Source of the DNA: an uncultured delta proteobacterium
GTDB lineage: Bacteria; Desulfobacterota; Desulfomonilia; Desulfomonilales; Desulfomonilaceae
Reading direction: 5' to 3'
Length of the DNA: 64,000 bases
Assembly: GCA_963789265.1 (NCBI GenBank)
Contig: CAWBKB010000003.1
Location: 1 to 64,000 of the forward strand
In this document: positions 33,475 through 44,309 of the stretch, in pieces
Position numbering within the stretch: the first letter of the stretch is position 1
Layout of the letters: every line of letters starts with the position of its first letter
Notes under the pieces: model-generated
The model's input: the letters and a program-made list of their open reading frames with translations, nothing else
What the model was told of the DNA's origin: nothing
Database searches by the model: none
Position numbers and translations under genes: made by a program

Positions 33475-33975
33475 TCAAGACCTCTTCCGTGCCAGGATCA
33501 CCGTGCCGATAATTGCGGCCAGGAGCAAGATCGAGGCTATCTCGAACGGGAGGAGGTACGTGGTGAAGAGTGCCTTGGCAATGATCTGAGTATTGGACAT
33601 TTGGACGGCCTTTTCCGCGGCTGCCTTTCCCGAGGGTACAAAAACTTTCAGAATCGGGACCAGCAGCACCAGCACAACCACGGCCAAAGCAACACCTATC
33701 CACGAACGCAAAGCTCTTGGATCAATAGGCAGCCGCACCTGGTCCAGGTTAAGCAACATGATCACAAAGAGGAAGAGCACCATTACAGCTCCGGCATACA
33801 CGATGAGCTGCACCATGGCCACAAACTCTGCCTGAAGCAGGATGAATAGTCCTGCAAGGCCGATCATCGTTAGGATCATGAAAAGAACATTGTGCATGGG
33901 TCTCCGAAGGAAAACCACAAAGAAGGCTGATGCCACTGTGATGGCGCTTAAGATGTAGAAAATCAGAGCTTCCAT
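33475..33975 (-). CDS. nuoJ: NADH-quinone oxidoreductase subunit J
   Basis: AEFVAMVQLIVYAGAVMVLFLFVIM and YLLPFEIASILLL. Confidence 0.96.
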   Translation of the reverse strand: MEALIFYILSAITVASAFFVVFLRRPMHNVLFMILTMIGLAGLFILLQAEFVAMVQLIVYAGAVMVLFLFVIMLLNLDQVRLPIDPRALRSWIGVALAVVVLVLLVPILKVFVPSGKAAAEKAVQMSNTQIIAKALFTTYLLPFEIASILLLAAIIGTVILARKRS

Positions 33976-34050
33976 GGATGTTCCAAAACCTCCGCCGGTG
34001 AAGTTGGATCTACCGGCAATCACATCTGTTTAGGCTGACACGCCTGTTTT

Positions 34051-34500
34051 TCAGCCCGCCTTCTTCTTGGAGACGTACCTCGGTTCAGGAGGCTCGAGCA
34101 GCATTTCTTTGGTAAAGATGAGATCCTCCCGGCTGTATTCCGACAGCTCGTAAGCTGTGGTCATTTCTATGGCTTCTTTGGGGCAGACTTCCACACAAAA
34201 TCCACAGAATATGCACCGCCCCAGATCGAGGACGTAGCTCTCGGGATATTTTCTGTTATCGGGCTCCGCCGCTGCCTCGATCGTGATGCACTCCGCCGGG
34301 CAGACTGTGGCACAGAGCATGCACGCCACACATCGTATCTTTCCGGAGGGATGTTTGGTCAATACATGGCGGCCTCTCCACCTCGGTGCCACGTTCCATT
34401 TCTCATCCGGATATTGCAGGGTGACCTTCTTGGAGAAAAAGTAACTCAGCGTGAGTTTCAATCCCTGAATCAACGGGAGAATCATCTCGTGCAACCTCAT
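34051..34500 (-). CDS. nuoI: NADH-quinone oxidoreductase subunit I
   Basis: TLQYP, RWRG and two CxxCxxCxxxCP motifs. Confidence 0.96.
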   Translation of the reverse strand: MRLHEMILPLIQGLKLTLSYFFSKKVTLQYPDEKWNVAPRWRGRHVLTKHPSGKIRCVACMLCATVCPAECITIEAAAEPDNRKYPESYVLDLGRCIFCGFCVEVCPKEAIEMTTAYELSEYSREDLIFTKEMLLEPPEPRYVSKKKAG

Positions 34501-34607
34501 CGATTTATCGGGTCTTGAAGGATTCAACTTCAGGGCCTCATTTTCGGATCCGCTTCTTCCACCGACTTGTGCCGGAGCACGGCCTCACTGCACAAAGAGG
34601 CGGACTC

Positions 34608-35642
34608 TCAGTGTGTATACTGGAGCCAGACAGTGTAAATGAACGCAGTTGCCATTACATTGAACAGCCCGGCAGGCAGCAGCACCTTCCATCCAAAGGT
34701 CATTACCCTGTCATAACGAAGTCTCGGATAAGTGCCGCGAATCCAAACGAACACGAACACAAAGAAAAACATTTTAGCCATGAACCAGAAAATGGGGGGC
34801 AGGAATGGACCTTGCCATCCCCCGAAATACAAGGTGGTCATAAGTGCGCTCAAAAAGAGCAAGTGTGCGTATTCGCCCAGGTAAAATAAACCGAACTTCA
34901 TGGAACTATACTCGGTCTGATAACCCGCTACGAGTTCATTTTCACACTCTATGAGGTCAAACGGGGTCCGAGCGATTTCAGCGCTGCCGGCTATCATGAA
35001 CAAGATAAAACCAAGCGGCTGACGGAAGACATACCACTTCAAGATCGTGTCCTGGGCCTGAACGATTTGCACCAGACTGAGTGAACCCGCCAACAGCAGC
35101 ACGCCCACCACGGAAAGGCTGAGTCCTAGTTCGTAACTTATCATCTGAGCACTGGAACGGATTGAACCCAACAGTGAGTATTTGCTGTTTGAAGCCCACC
35201 CGCCGAGCACAACGCCGTAAACGCCCAGCGATGAAATGGCAAAAATATACAGTATCCCTACATTCAGGTCGGAGACTACTCCTTGATTGAGGCCGTACTT
35301 GGAGGCTAGCGGTCCTAGAATGCTTTCCAAGCCCAAGCCTTTGGCAAAGGGGATAACTCCAAAGGGTATCAAAGCGCAGACAACTACGATCAAGGGAGCG
35401 GCGAGGTAGATCATCCTGTTGGCGCCGGATACGGTGATTTCCTCTTTCATGAAGAGCTTGACCCCGTCCGCCAGCGGCTGAAGGAGACCCCAGGGGCCAA
35501 CTCGGTTGGGACCGATCCTAACCTGGATCCAACCGAGGACTTTACGTTCAATCAGCGTCAGGTATGCCACGAAGGTCAAGACTGCTCCGATGACAAGCAG
35601 TACCTTCACGACAACCAGGATGATAGGGAGGGCGGATTCCAT
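34608..35642 (-). CDS. nuoH: NADH-quinone oxidoreductase subunit H
   Basis: ERK..GPNRVG..QPLADGVKL, AQMISYE, RTPFD and PRLRYD. Confidence 0.97.
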   Translation of the reverse strand: MESALPIILVVVKVLLVIGAVLTFVAYLTLIERKVLGWIQVRIGPNRVGPWGLLQPLADGVKLFMKEEITVSGANRMIYLAAPLIVVVCALIPFGVIPFAKGLGLESILGPLASKYGLNQGVVSDLNVGILYIFAISSLGVYGVVLGGWASNSKYSLLGSIRSSAQMISYELGLSLSVVGVLLLAGSLSLVQIVQAQDTILKWYVFRQPLGFILFMIAGSAEIARTPFDLIECENELVAGYQTEYSSMKFGLFYLGEYAHLLFLSALMTTLYFGGWQGPFLPPIFWFMAKMFFFVFVFVWIRGTYPRLRYDRVMTFGWKVLLPAGLFNVMATAFIYTVWLQYTH

Positions 35643-35655
35643 GTACGCAACCTCT

Positions 35656-38300
35656 TCAGCTTGCTATCTTTTCAACTTTGACTTTGACCACCGGCCGATC
35701 CCAACGGGTAATGCTGTTCAGCTTCCACTCGGGAAAATGTTGTGGGACTATGATGGAACCTTCCAACGCTCGGCGGGACGGTTTCACCTTCACTTGTATG
35801 GAGGTCCCGTCGGCATTGGTAATCTTCACGGTGTCCCCGGCCGTCAACCCCAGCGCCTTGAGATCTTTGGGGCTCATCTCCGCATCGCCGTTCGGGCAGA
35901 CTTCCTTCATTGCAGCGCTCCACTGCGACATCGAGCCTGAATGGAACTTGAGTATTCCCGGAATCAAGTACATAGTCGGCTCATCGGCAAGTGGTCCCTG
36001 AATCGCAGCCGCAGGCATAAATCGTGCCTTGCCGGCAGGGAAGCCCCCCTCGTAGAGAAGCTTCTTGCCGGTATCTTCCGCATCTACGCAGGGCCAATGA
36101 ATGCCTCCATCGGCAATCCGGTCGTAGGACACTCCTCGATAGACATTGACAAGGTCGGCGATCTCTTCCATCACCTGTTCCGGGCCGGCATAAGTCATCG
36201 AGGGTTTGCCCATGAGCGCGGCAAGGGCCGTGAAGATTTCCAGATCGCACTTGCCTCCGGTCGTCTTAAGCGCCGGGCGCAGACGTTGTACGAACCTGTC
36301 CGCGCTGGTATAGGTCCCGATCTTCTCGGCAAAGGAGGCCACCGGCAGGACCGCGTGAGCCATTTTGGCAGTAGAAGTGACGAATAGGTCCTGTACGACA
36401 AGGAACTCCAGCTTGGCCAAGGCCCTTTCGACCTGCGCTCTGTCGGGGTAGGTATCAAGCGGGTTCTCGCCCACAACATAAAGGCTTCTAATCTCACCAC
36501 TCTCAGCCTTTGCAAGGATCTCTGCGGCGCTAAGGCCCCTTTCCTGGGCAATTTAGCATCCCATGCCGCTTCGAACTTCGTTCGGGCAGCTTCATCCGTT
36601 ATGCTGTGGAAACCGGGCAGAAGTTCAGGGACCAAACCCATGTCAATGGCGCCCTGAGAGTTTGCCTTCTCACCAAGGACATGTACTCCGCATGCCTCTT
36701 TCCCGATGCGACCGGTTACAAGCGCCAGGTTCGCCGCTGCTTGAGCCGTTTCAATGTTGTTGCCCAGCCGGTTCATCCCCTGAGTAAGGATGATTGTTGC
36801 ACTTGCCGCTTTGGCATATTCCTCGGCTGCCTCCCGAATGAGGGCCGCATCCAGCCCGGTTAGTTTCGCCACGTTCTCCGGGGTGTAATCGGAAAGCGAG
36901 GCGATGAGATCATCCAAGCCTTCCGTTTTAAGATCCAAGGCTGTCCTGTCATAAAGCCCTTGATCAATGATCCACTTGAGCATGGCATTGGCCACAAGGT
37001 GTTGCGATCCGGGCCTGCTCAGCAGATAGAGACCCGGACGATCTGTAAGCTTGGTCCTCACGGAATCAATGACAATTACTCTCGCTCTGTTGCGGGCAGT
37101 AGCGCTGACCACCTCGTTCTTCGCTACGGGATGAGTCTCTGAAAGATCGGCTCCGATAAGGACAATCACCTGAGCCTTTCCGATCTCGCGAATCGAGTTG
37201 GTGCCGGCCGGGTACCCCAGCGACGGACCCAGCGCATCCACGAGCGCTCGGTATCCAAATCCGCCGGCATGGTCTAGGTGCGGGGTTTCCATGACGGTTC
37301 GGACAAACCGGTTGAAGACATAAGCCTCTTCGTTTGTAAGTCGCTCGGATCCTAACGCCGCTAGGCTCGAAGGGCCGGAAGCACTCTTTATTCTGTTCAG
37401 ACTATTCGCCACAAAGCTCAGCGCCTCGTTCCACTCCACCTCCCGCAACGATCCGTCCTTTCGGATCAAGGGCTTGGTGAGCCTTTCTTCGGAATAGATG
37501 TAAGGCCAACCGTACCGGCCTTTCACGCAAAGGTTTCCTTCGTTGGCACTGGTCGCTGGGGAAGTGACGTACACAATGTTTTTGTCTTTGGTTCCGAGAG
37601 TTAACATACAACCAAGGCTACAGAACGAACACGTGGTGTAAGTTTTCTTCAATTCAAACTCACGGCCGGTCCCCACAAGCCACTTGGAAGAGATCGCTCC
37701 CACAGGACAGATAGATGCACACTGGCCGCAGAATTCGCAATTCAAGGGACGGCCGAAATCAGTGGAAACTTCGCACGACATTCCTCTCTCAATGAAGCTC
37801 AACTCGTTTTCACCCTGAATCTCGTCGCAGATGCGCACACACATTCCGCATTTTATGCACAGGTTCATGTTGAACCGGATGAAATGCGATTCATTGTCAA
37901 CGTGGAAGTAGCGAGATTCCCGCGGAAAGGGAAGCTCTGCTATCTCGTATTCATGGACTAGCTCCTGAAGCCGGCAGTTACCCGCAGCGTCACAACTGGG
38001 GCAGAGCAGAGGATGGGACCGCAGGAGCAGTTGGAGCTGCATGCGACGACTTTCGATGAGTTTCGGGGTGTGGGTGGCCACTTCCATTCCGTCACGGGCC
38101 GGGTTGAAACACGCGGGCATGGTACGGGTGCGGCCCCGGGCAGTAACCTCAACTATGCACAACCGACATGCCCCGTACGGCACGAGTCGCTTATCGTGGC
38201 AGAGGGTCGGAACACGGATTCCGGCTTGTTGAGCGGCCTCCAGAATGGACGCACCGCGTTCGACAGTAACTTCAACGCCGTCGATGGTCAGGGTAACCAT
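35656..38300 (-). CDS. nuoG: NuoG / FdhA-like molybdopterin-fold Fe-S subunit, frameshift near 36540
   Basis: [2Fe-2S] (PTLC..GACRLC..PAC), HxxxCxxCxxxxxC, two ferredoxin-type [4Fe-4S] motifs, CSFCSLGC..C, then molybdopterin-oxidoreductase fold. Confidence 0.88.
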
Positions 38301-38380
38301 AGAAACTTACTCACAAAAGTGGTTGTGGACGGTTTAAAGCAGCCGGGGCCGAAGCACCCTCGTTTGCATTGAACCGGGAG

Positions 38381-40177
38381 TTATCTGATCGCTCCGAACC
38401 TGCAATTCATGATGCAGGTACGGCATTTAGTACATTTTTCCGTGTCGATTCGGGCTACCTTCTTCTTTTCCCATATAATGGCCTCGGATGGGCAGTTTCG
38501 ATAGCAGAGGCCGCACATCTTACATTTGTCCTCTATGACCACGAAGTCTATGAGGCTCGGGCAAACCAGCGCGGGACAGTGTTTGTCACGGATATGGGCG
38601 TCGTATTCGTTCCTGAAATAGCGAATCGTAGAGAGAACCGGGTTCGCCGCACTCTTCCCGAGTCCGCAATGCGAAGTGCCGTTGATATGGTGGCCCAGCT
38701 CGATGAGAAACTCCACATCTCCTTCTTGTCCTCTGCCCTCCACTATATCTGTCAGCTTTTCAAGCATCACCTTCAGGCCTTCGCGGCACGGAACGCACTT
38801 TCCGCAGGATTCTTCCACCGAGAAATCGGTAAAAAACCGTGCAGTATCTACCATGCACGTGTGGTCATCCATGACCACGACCCCGCCGGACCCCATCATA
38901 GCTCCCACGCCGGTCAAGGATTCGTAATCAATTTCGACGTCCTCCATGCCCGTGGGGATACAGCCCCCGGATGGTCCGCCTATCTGCGCTGCCTTGAACT
39001 TCCGTTTCTTGGGGATGCCTCCCCCGATATCGAAGATCAGGCTTTTCAATGAGGTCCCCATGGGGACTTCAACCAGGCCAACATTATTGACCGCGCCGGT
39101 GAGCGCAAAGACCTTTGTGCCTTTGCTTCCTTCGGTGCCGATGGACGCGAACCATTCTGCACCATGAAGTATGATGGGGTTGATGTTGGCGAAGGTTTCG
39201 ACATTGTTAAGGTTCGTAGGCTGATTCCACAGGCCCGCTTCCGCGCTGCGTGGAGGTTTGATGCGAGGCATGCCCCGTTTGCCTTCAATGGAGTACATCA
39301 GGGCCGTGGATTCGCCACAGACAAACGCGCCCGCACCGGGGTAGATTTCAATGTCGAAATTGAAGCCCTTGTCGAGGATATCGGTCCCCAGGAGTCCGTA
39401 ACCGCGAGCATCGTTAATGGCCTTCTGGAGCCGCTGAATGGCAAGCGGATACTCGGCCCGCACGTAGATGTATCCTTTTTCCGCTCCGATGGCGTATCCC
39501 GAAATAGCCATTCCTTCCAGCACTGAATGGGGATCGCCTTCCATCACAGAGCGGTCCATAAAGGCTCCCGGGTCTCCTTCGTCGCCATTGCATATCGTGA
39601 ATTTCGGGAAACTTTCGTATCGGCGGCACTCTTCCCATTTCAGCCCGGTGGGGAACCCTCCGCCCCCGCGACCCCTTAGTCCCGACTTTTTGACCTCCTC
39701 GATGACCGCTTCGGGAGTCATTTCTTCGAGGACTTTGGCCAATGCCGCATATCCGTCCCGAGCGATGTATTCGTCAATGTTTTCAGCGTCTATAAGGCCG
39801 CGGTTGCGAAGCACTGTCAATCTTTGCAGGCCAAAGAAGCCTATGTCCTTCATCAGAGGGACGCGGTCTTTGGCCATCTCTTCCTTGAAAAGGAGTTGCT
39901 CTACAATTCTACCTTTGAGCACGTGCTCTTCGACAATAAGAGGCGCGTGTTCCGGCTTAACCTGGTTGTAGAAAATGCCTTCCGGATAAACCACGACCAA
40001 AGGGCCCATTGCGCAAAAGCCGTTGCACCCGGTCATGATTATCTGCACTTCGTCCTGGAGGTTCCTTTTTGCCAATTCTTTTTCAAGCGCTTCTCTCACT
40101 TCCAAAGAACCACTGGCCATGCATCCTGTGCCTGCGCACATCATGAACTGCATTCTATAAAAAGGGCTGGCACTCAT
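38381..40177 (-). CDS. nuoF: Long NuoF (HydB/HndC-type) flavoprotein subunit
   Basis: N-terminal thioredoxin-like [2Fe-2S] domain, SGLRGRGGGGFPTG, DEGDPGAFMDR, GGPSG, SCGKCVPCR..C and C-terminal 2x[4Fe-4S]. Confidence 0.95.
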   Translation of the reverse strand: MSASPFYRMQFMMCAGTGCMASGSLEVREALEKELAKRNLQDEVQIIMTGCNGFCAMGPLVVVYPEGIFYNQVKPEHAPLIVEEHVLKGRIVEQLLFKEEMAKDRVPLMKDIGFFGLQRLTVLRNRGLIDAENIDEYIARDGYAALAKVLEEMTPEAVIEEVKKSGLRGRGGGGFPTGLKWEECRRYESFPKFTICNGDEGDPGAFMDRSVMEGDPHSVLEGMAISGYAIGAEKGYIYVRAEYPLAIQRLQKAINDARGYGLLGTDILDKGFNFDIEIYPGAGAFVCGESTALMYSIEGKRGMPRIKPPRSAEAGLWNQPTNLNNVETFANINPIILHGAEWFASIGTEGSKGTKVFALTGAVNNVGLVEVPMGTSLKSLIFDIGGGIPKKRKFKAAQIGGPSGGCIPTGMEDVEIDYESLTGVGAMMGSGGVVVMDDHTCMVDTARFFTDFSVEESCGKCVPCREGLKVMLEKLTDIVEGRGQEGDVEFLIELGHHINGTSHCGLGKSAANPVLSTIRYFRNEYDAHIRDKHCPALVCPSLIDFVVIEDKCKMCGLCYRNCPSEAIIWEKKKVARIDTEKCTKCRTCIMNCRFGAIR

Positions 40178-40249
40178 TACCGATTCTCCACCGAGTTGCC
40201 TGAAACATATACAGCAACCGAAAAACGTCTCCGATTCATGCTTGTCGCC

Positions 40250-40636
40250 TTAAGTGGCCTGTGTCTCGCTCCCGCGAGCAAGGGCGTAATCCTCAACGGC
40301 CTTGCCTCCAATGACATGCTCGTTGAATATTCGAACGGCCTTCTCTTTGGTGAGGAGGATGTATTTGACCGGCGACTGGTCGGCAACTTCGACAGTTATC
40401 ATCGGCTCTTTGGCGCACAGGCCGGCGCAACCGGAATTGGTCAGAAGAACGTTTGTGATTTCTTTCTGTGCCATGATGTTCCGAAAGGTCGTCAAAATAT
40501 CGCGGGCCCCGGCAGCAATTCCGCACGTCCCCATGTGTACGGTAATTTTTGCCCGGAACTCTCCCTCGCGGAGCACCATTTTGGTTCGTTGCTGCTCTTT
40601 GATCTTCTTGAGGTCCTGTATGGAAATTTTAGCCAT
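40250..40636 (-). CDS. Thioredoxin-like (2Fe-2S) ferredoxin (HndB/HydD-type)
   Basis: ITVHMGTCGIAAGAR..SGCAGLCAKEP..EHVIGG. Confidence 0.9.
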   Translation of the reverse strand: MAKISIQDLKKIKEQQRTKMVLREGEFRAKITVHMGTCGIAAGARDILTTFRNIMAQKEITNVLLTNSGCAGLCAKEPMITVEVADQSPVKYILLTKEKAVRIFNEHVIGGKAVEDYALARGSETQAT

Positions 40637-40704
40637 GATTCTCCCTCCTGGAGGATCAACCGACCTGCTTATCCACGATCCGGCGACGCGTTCACGTCTC
40701 CGGA

Positions 40705-41221
40705 TTATTGATAGCCTTCAAGTATCTTCACCGTGTCTGTCGGATTAATGTTACCGTGGGTATCCTCTCCTATCAGCATGACCGGGGCCAGACCGCAGGC
40801 CCCCAAACACCGTACTGCCTCAAGAGTGAATCTGCCGTCCTCGGAGGTTTCGCCAACATTAATGCCGACCTCTTTTACTATGTTCTCCAGGATCTCTTTC
40901 GAGCCTTTGACATAGCAGGCGGTTCCCAGGCACAGACGGATGGTATGCCTCCCTCTCGGGGTGATAGTAAAGAACGAATAGAAGGTCACAACACCATAAA
41001 TGTGAGATGAAGGAATATGCAAGCCGTCCGCTAACTTTCGCTGGACCTCCATGGGAAGATATCCGTACAAATCCTGAGCCTCTTTGAGAGCAGGGATAAG
41101 ATATCCGGCCCGACCTCCGGTACTTGTCTATGATCCCACCGAGTTTCTCCAGCTCTTCAGGCGGCAGAATCTCAACCTGCGGTTCATCTTTCTTCTTTAG
41201 TATCGAGTCTCGTTCTTGCAC
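40705..41221 (-). CDS. nuoE: NuoE (HydC/HndA-type) [2Fe-2S] subunit, frameshift near 41115
   Basis: YGVVTFYSFF, CLGTAC and CLGACGLAP; GTG start at 41221. Confidence 0.92.
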
Positions 41222-41257
41222 TTTATTTTCGCTCCATAGATATTCGGCCCCCGAACT

Positions 41258-41803
41258 TCACTCGGAAGCGATCTCACGGAGTCCCGAAAGAATATTGTCC
41301 CGGATGAGTCCTATAATCTGGGGGTTGTTAATCGGGATCTCTTCCAGCTCCAAGCGTATCTCCCTTGTATCCAGGGTGTACTCTTTGCCATCTTTCTTAT
41401 GTGTGTAAACCAAATCAACTGCCGGATTGCCCTCAATCAGGGCAAGAAGCGTATCTACCATGTCGCCCATGGGCTTCCGGTCGATATGTTTATGACTCAT
41501 GAAAACCGACACCTTCGTTCCGTGTCCAGGGATGGAATCCACCTTGAGATCGCCCTCGGCTTCTCGTGCGGCCTGTTGAAACAATGACAGCCCGAGTCCC
41601 ACTTTGCGAGTGGTACGCGTCGTGGTGAAAGGATCAAGGACTTTGGCCAAGAATTCCGGGTCCATGCCACGACCGTTATCTTCGATGATTATCGTCAGCC
41701 TGTCGTCTCGCCGATTCTCCTCTATGGTTATGTTGATCAGATCGGCCCCGGCTCTCACCCCGTTTTCGGCCACGTCCAGAATGTGCAGAGAGAGATCCTG
41801 CAT
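41258..41803 (-). CDS. Stand-alone HATPase_c (histidine-kinase-like ATPase)
   Basis: N-box DVAENG, G1 DNGRG, F-box DPF and G2 GLGLS. Confidence 0.9.
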   Translation of the reverse strand: MQDLSLHILDVAENGVRAGADLINITIEENRRDDRLTIIIEDNGRGMDPEFLAKVLDPFTTTRTTRKVGLGLSLFQQAAREAEGDLKVDSIPGHGTKVSVFMSHKHIDRKPMGDMVDTLLALIEGNPAVDLVYTHKKDGKEYTLDTREIRLELEEIPINNPQIIGLIRDNILSGLREIASE

Positions 41804-41842
41804 GCCTAATGTTCAGTATACGGATCGAAATTTCTGAAAGCG

Positions 41843-42661
41843 TTACGGTCCGTCGCCCATTGTTTTCAGTTCCAGTATCCTTCTGCCCCCGCGATTGCCC
41901 AAGGCATTTCTGAACTCGTCAAAACTGGCTTCGGCGAGCATCGCCAAGGTCATCGCGGCACCCACATCTTCGAGGCAATGGGCATCGGACGAAGCGATCA
42001 TCGGGTAATCAGCGCACTGAGGGTATCTTGCCCGGAGCTTCTCGATGCCGGCTCTTTTCGAGATTTCCAGTGCGTCGAGTTGCAGCCCCTCCGGGACAAA
42101 TCCCAATTGGCCGAAGATCCCGAATCCCGCTCTATCCACATGAGATGCGATAGCCAGACCTCGATTATCGTGGACCAAGCGGACGACCTTTTCTGCGCTC
42201 AGAGTCGTGGCCCCTATGAGGAGCCTTTCGTCAAGGTCTTCTACTTGGTCATATTCATCTACTACCGCCTGGCAGCCGAACACGATTTCGTCATTCTGCC
42301 CGAAAAGCCTGGCGTAAACCTCTTCCTGGACGGCTTCGACATCCGAATCGGACGAAAACAGGCCCAAAATGTGAACTTCTTCCGAGGTGGTAATTTCCAT
42401 CCCCGGAAGAACCGTCAACCCGGTCCCTTCTGCTGCCCGCCTGGTGGCGGCCGCATTCCTCGCAGAGTTGTGATCGCAAACAGCGATCATGTCGAGGCTT
42501 TTGTCCAGAGCCGCCCGCACAATAGCCCGCGGTGTCATCTCCGCTATTTCGGTGCAGGGAGACAATACCGTATGAATGTGTAGGTCAAGCTTGTAAAGCT
42601 TAAGATCGACCTGCCAACCTCTTTTGCCTTTGGCCGCAATTCCCGGCTCTTTATCAAACAA
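41843..42661 (-). CDS. PHP-domain metal-dependent phosphoesterase (true start probably about 50 nt downstream)
   Basis: DLHIH, DHN, E..H, SH and SSDAH motifs. Confidence 0.9.
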   Translation of the reverse strand: MFDKEPGIAAKGKRGWQVDLKLYKLDLHIHTVLSPCTEIAEMTPRAIVRAALDKSLDMIAVCDHNSARNAAATRRAAEGTGLTVLPGMEITTSEEVHILGLFSSDSDVEAVQEEVYARLFGQNDEIVFGCQAVVDEYDQVEDLDERLLIGATTLSAEKVVRLVHDNRGLAIASHVDRAGFGIFGQLGFVPEGLQLDALEISKRAGIEKLRARYPQCADYPMIASSDAHCLEDVGAAMTLAMLAEASFDEFRNALGNRGGRRILELKTMGDGP

Positions 42662-42717
42662 GGGCGGGGAAGCCGAGTATTGATTTGCATTCCTGATTCC
42701 ACAGCAATCCTTGCGTC

Positions 42718-43062
42718 TCAGGATATGCGGCGAACCCCCATCTCATATAGTTTGCCTGCCAACTCGTAAGTCGGCATGGAACTTACCAGAATCGGGACAC
42801 CCTGCTCTTCGGCTTTCTTCAGGGTGTCGGGCTCCGGCTCGCGGCCGCCCACAATAACTATCCCTGCCAGGTTGTTCAGGAACGCAACCGCCACGATGTT
42901 CTGATGGAGCTGTAGTGTGATCCAGAGATCACCTTCTCTGGAACCGGCGATCACATCGCTGAGAAGGTCGCTCACATATCCGCCTTCCACAATACGGCCC
43001 ATGTCAAGGCGACCTGTCCTGATTTCCAGCCCCAAAGCATCCGCTACTTCTCCCAGGGTCAT
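42718..43062 (-). CDS. DRTGG-domain protein (HPr kinase N-terminal-like)
   Basis: GGYVSDLLSDV..LWIT..NIVAVA. Confidence 0.85.
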   Translation of the reverse strand: MTLGEVADALGLEIRTGRLDMGRIVEGGYVSDLLSDVIAGSREGDLWITLQLHQNIVAVAFLNNLAGIVIVGGREPEPDTLKKAEEQGVPILVSSMPTYELAGKLYEMGVRRIS

Positions 43063-43084
43063 GAATGGCTCCCCAACCCGTCGG

Positions 43085-44284
43085 CTATCGGTCGACTTCC
43101 GCCAAAACGATATCCACACTGGAGAGTATCGCAATCAAATCGGAAAAAAAGTATCCCTTGCCCATCCGTGGGAGGGATTCAAGATTCACGAACGCAGGTG
43201 CCCGCCATTTGAGTCGATACGGCCTGGGGCCGCCGTCGCTGACTATGTAGCAGCCAAGTTCACCCCGTGGAGATTCAATACATTGGTAAACTTCGCCGAC
43301 AGGCGGCTTCAACCCTTCCACTACGAGCATGAAATGATGGATGAGTGATTCCATCTTGGTGTAAATATCTTCTTGAGGCGGAAAAATCACTCCAGGCTTT
43401 TGCGCCCGCACAGGGCCATAGGGCAGCCTGTCCAAAGTCTGGCGCAGTATGCGATTGCTCTGCCTCATCTCCGCGACCCGGACCAGATATCGTGAGTACA
43501 CGTCGCAGCCGGTCTCGACCGGTACATCGAAGTCGTAATATTCGTACCCACAGTATGGTTCCCGCTTCCTGATGTCCCAGGCCAACCCGGAAGCCCGGAC
43601 CATCGGGCCGCTTGCCCCCAGAGCGATGGCCTCTTCAAGAGGCAGTATCCCGATGCCCTTTGTCCGGTCCATGTAGATAACGTTCTTTGTGAGCAGAGTT
43701 TCGTACTCGTCCACCCTTCGATCGAAGTGCTCGGTGAACGAGCGCAGCCGGTCGACAAATCCTTCTTCCAAATCTCGTATGAGCCCGCCGATCCTCAGAT
43801 AGTTCGGCATGAGGCGGCCACCTGCCGTGAGTTCGAAGAGATTCATAATCTCTTCGCGTTCTCTGAGCATATAGAACATCGGCGTCATTGCGCCGACGTC
43901 GTGCCCATGCGTGCCCAGCCAAAAGAGATGGCTGAAAATGCGGGACAACTCGGCCATCATCACCCGTATGACCTGAGCTCTTTCCGGGACGTCCACGCCG
44001 AGGAGTTTTTCCACAGCCAGGCAATAAGCGAGAGAATTGCTGGATGCTCCCATATAATCGCAACGCTCCGCCAGCGGGATCACCTGGTGGTAGTGTTTGT
44101 TCTCGCAGGTCTTCTCATAACCCCTGTGTAGATATCCCAGGTGCGGCACCACATCTACAACTAGCTCGCCATCGAGCTCGACTACGGCTCGGAACACTCC
44201 GTGAGTGCTGGGATGATGAGGTCCTAGATTTAGTTCCAGGAGTTCGCTACTGAAATTGAGTTTTGGGCTCACTTGTTCGCTCAT
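43085..44284 (-). CDS. nuoD: NADH-quinone oxidoreductase subunit D
   Basis: GPHHPSTHGV, GYLHRG, RCDY, ESPRGE and DIVLAEVDR. No NiFe-binding CxxC pairs. Confidence 0.96.
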   Translation of the reverse strand: MSEQVSPKLNFSSELLELNLGPHHPSTHGVFRAVVELDGELVVDVVPHLGYLHRGYEKTCENKHYHQVIPLAERCDYMGASSNSLAYCLAVEKLLGVDVPERAQVIRVMMAELSRIFSHLFWLGTHGHDVGAMTPMFYMLREREEIMNLFELTAGGRLMPNYLRIGGLIRDLEEGFVDRLRSFTEHFDRRVDEYETLLTKNVIYMDRTKGIGILPLEEAIALGASGPMVRASGLAWDIRKREPYCGYEYYDFDVPVETGCDVYSRYLVRVAEMRQSNRILRQTLDRLPYGPVRAQKPGVIFPPQEDIYTKMESLIHHFMLVVEGLKPPVGEVYQCIESPRGELGCYIVSDGGPRPYRLKWRAPAFVNLESLPRMGKGYFFSDLIAILSSVDIVLAEVDR

Positions 44285-44309
44285 GAGCTGTTTTCCTCGG
44301 GGTCCGCTC

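Noticed and set aside
35656..38300. Formate dehydrogenase alpha subunit (selenoprotein)
   Set aside because: The catalytic Cys/Sec-His and Arg motifs are absent and there is no in-frame TGA at the site. The break is a frameshift.
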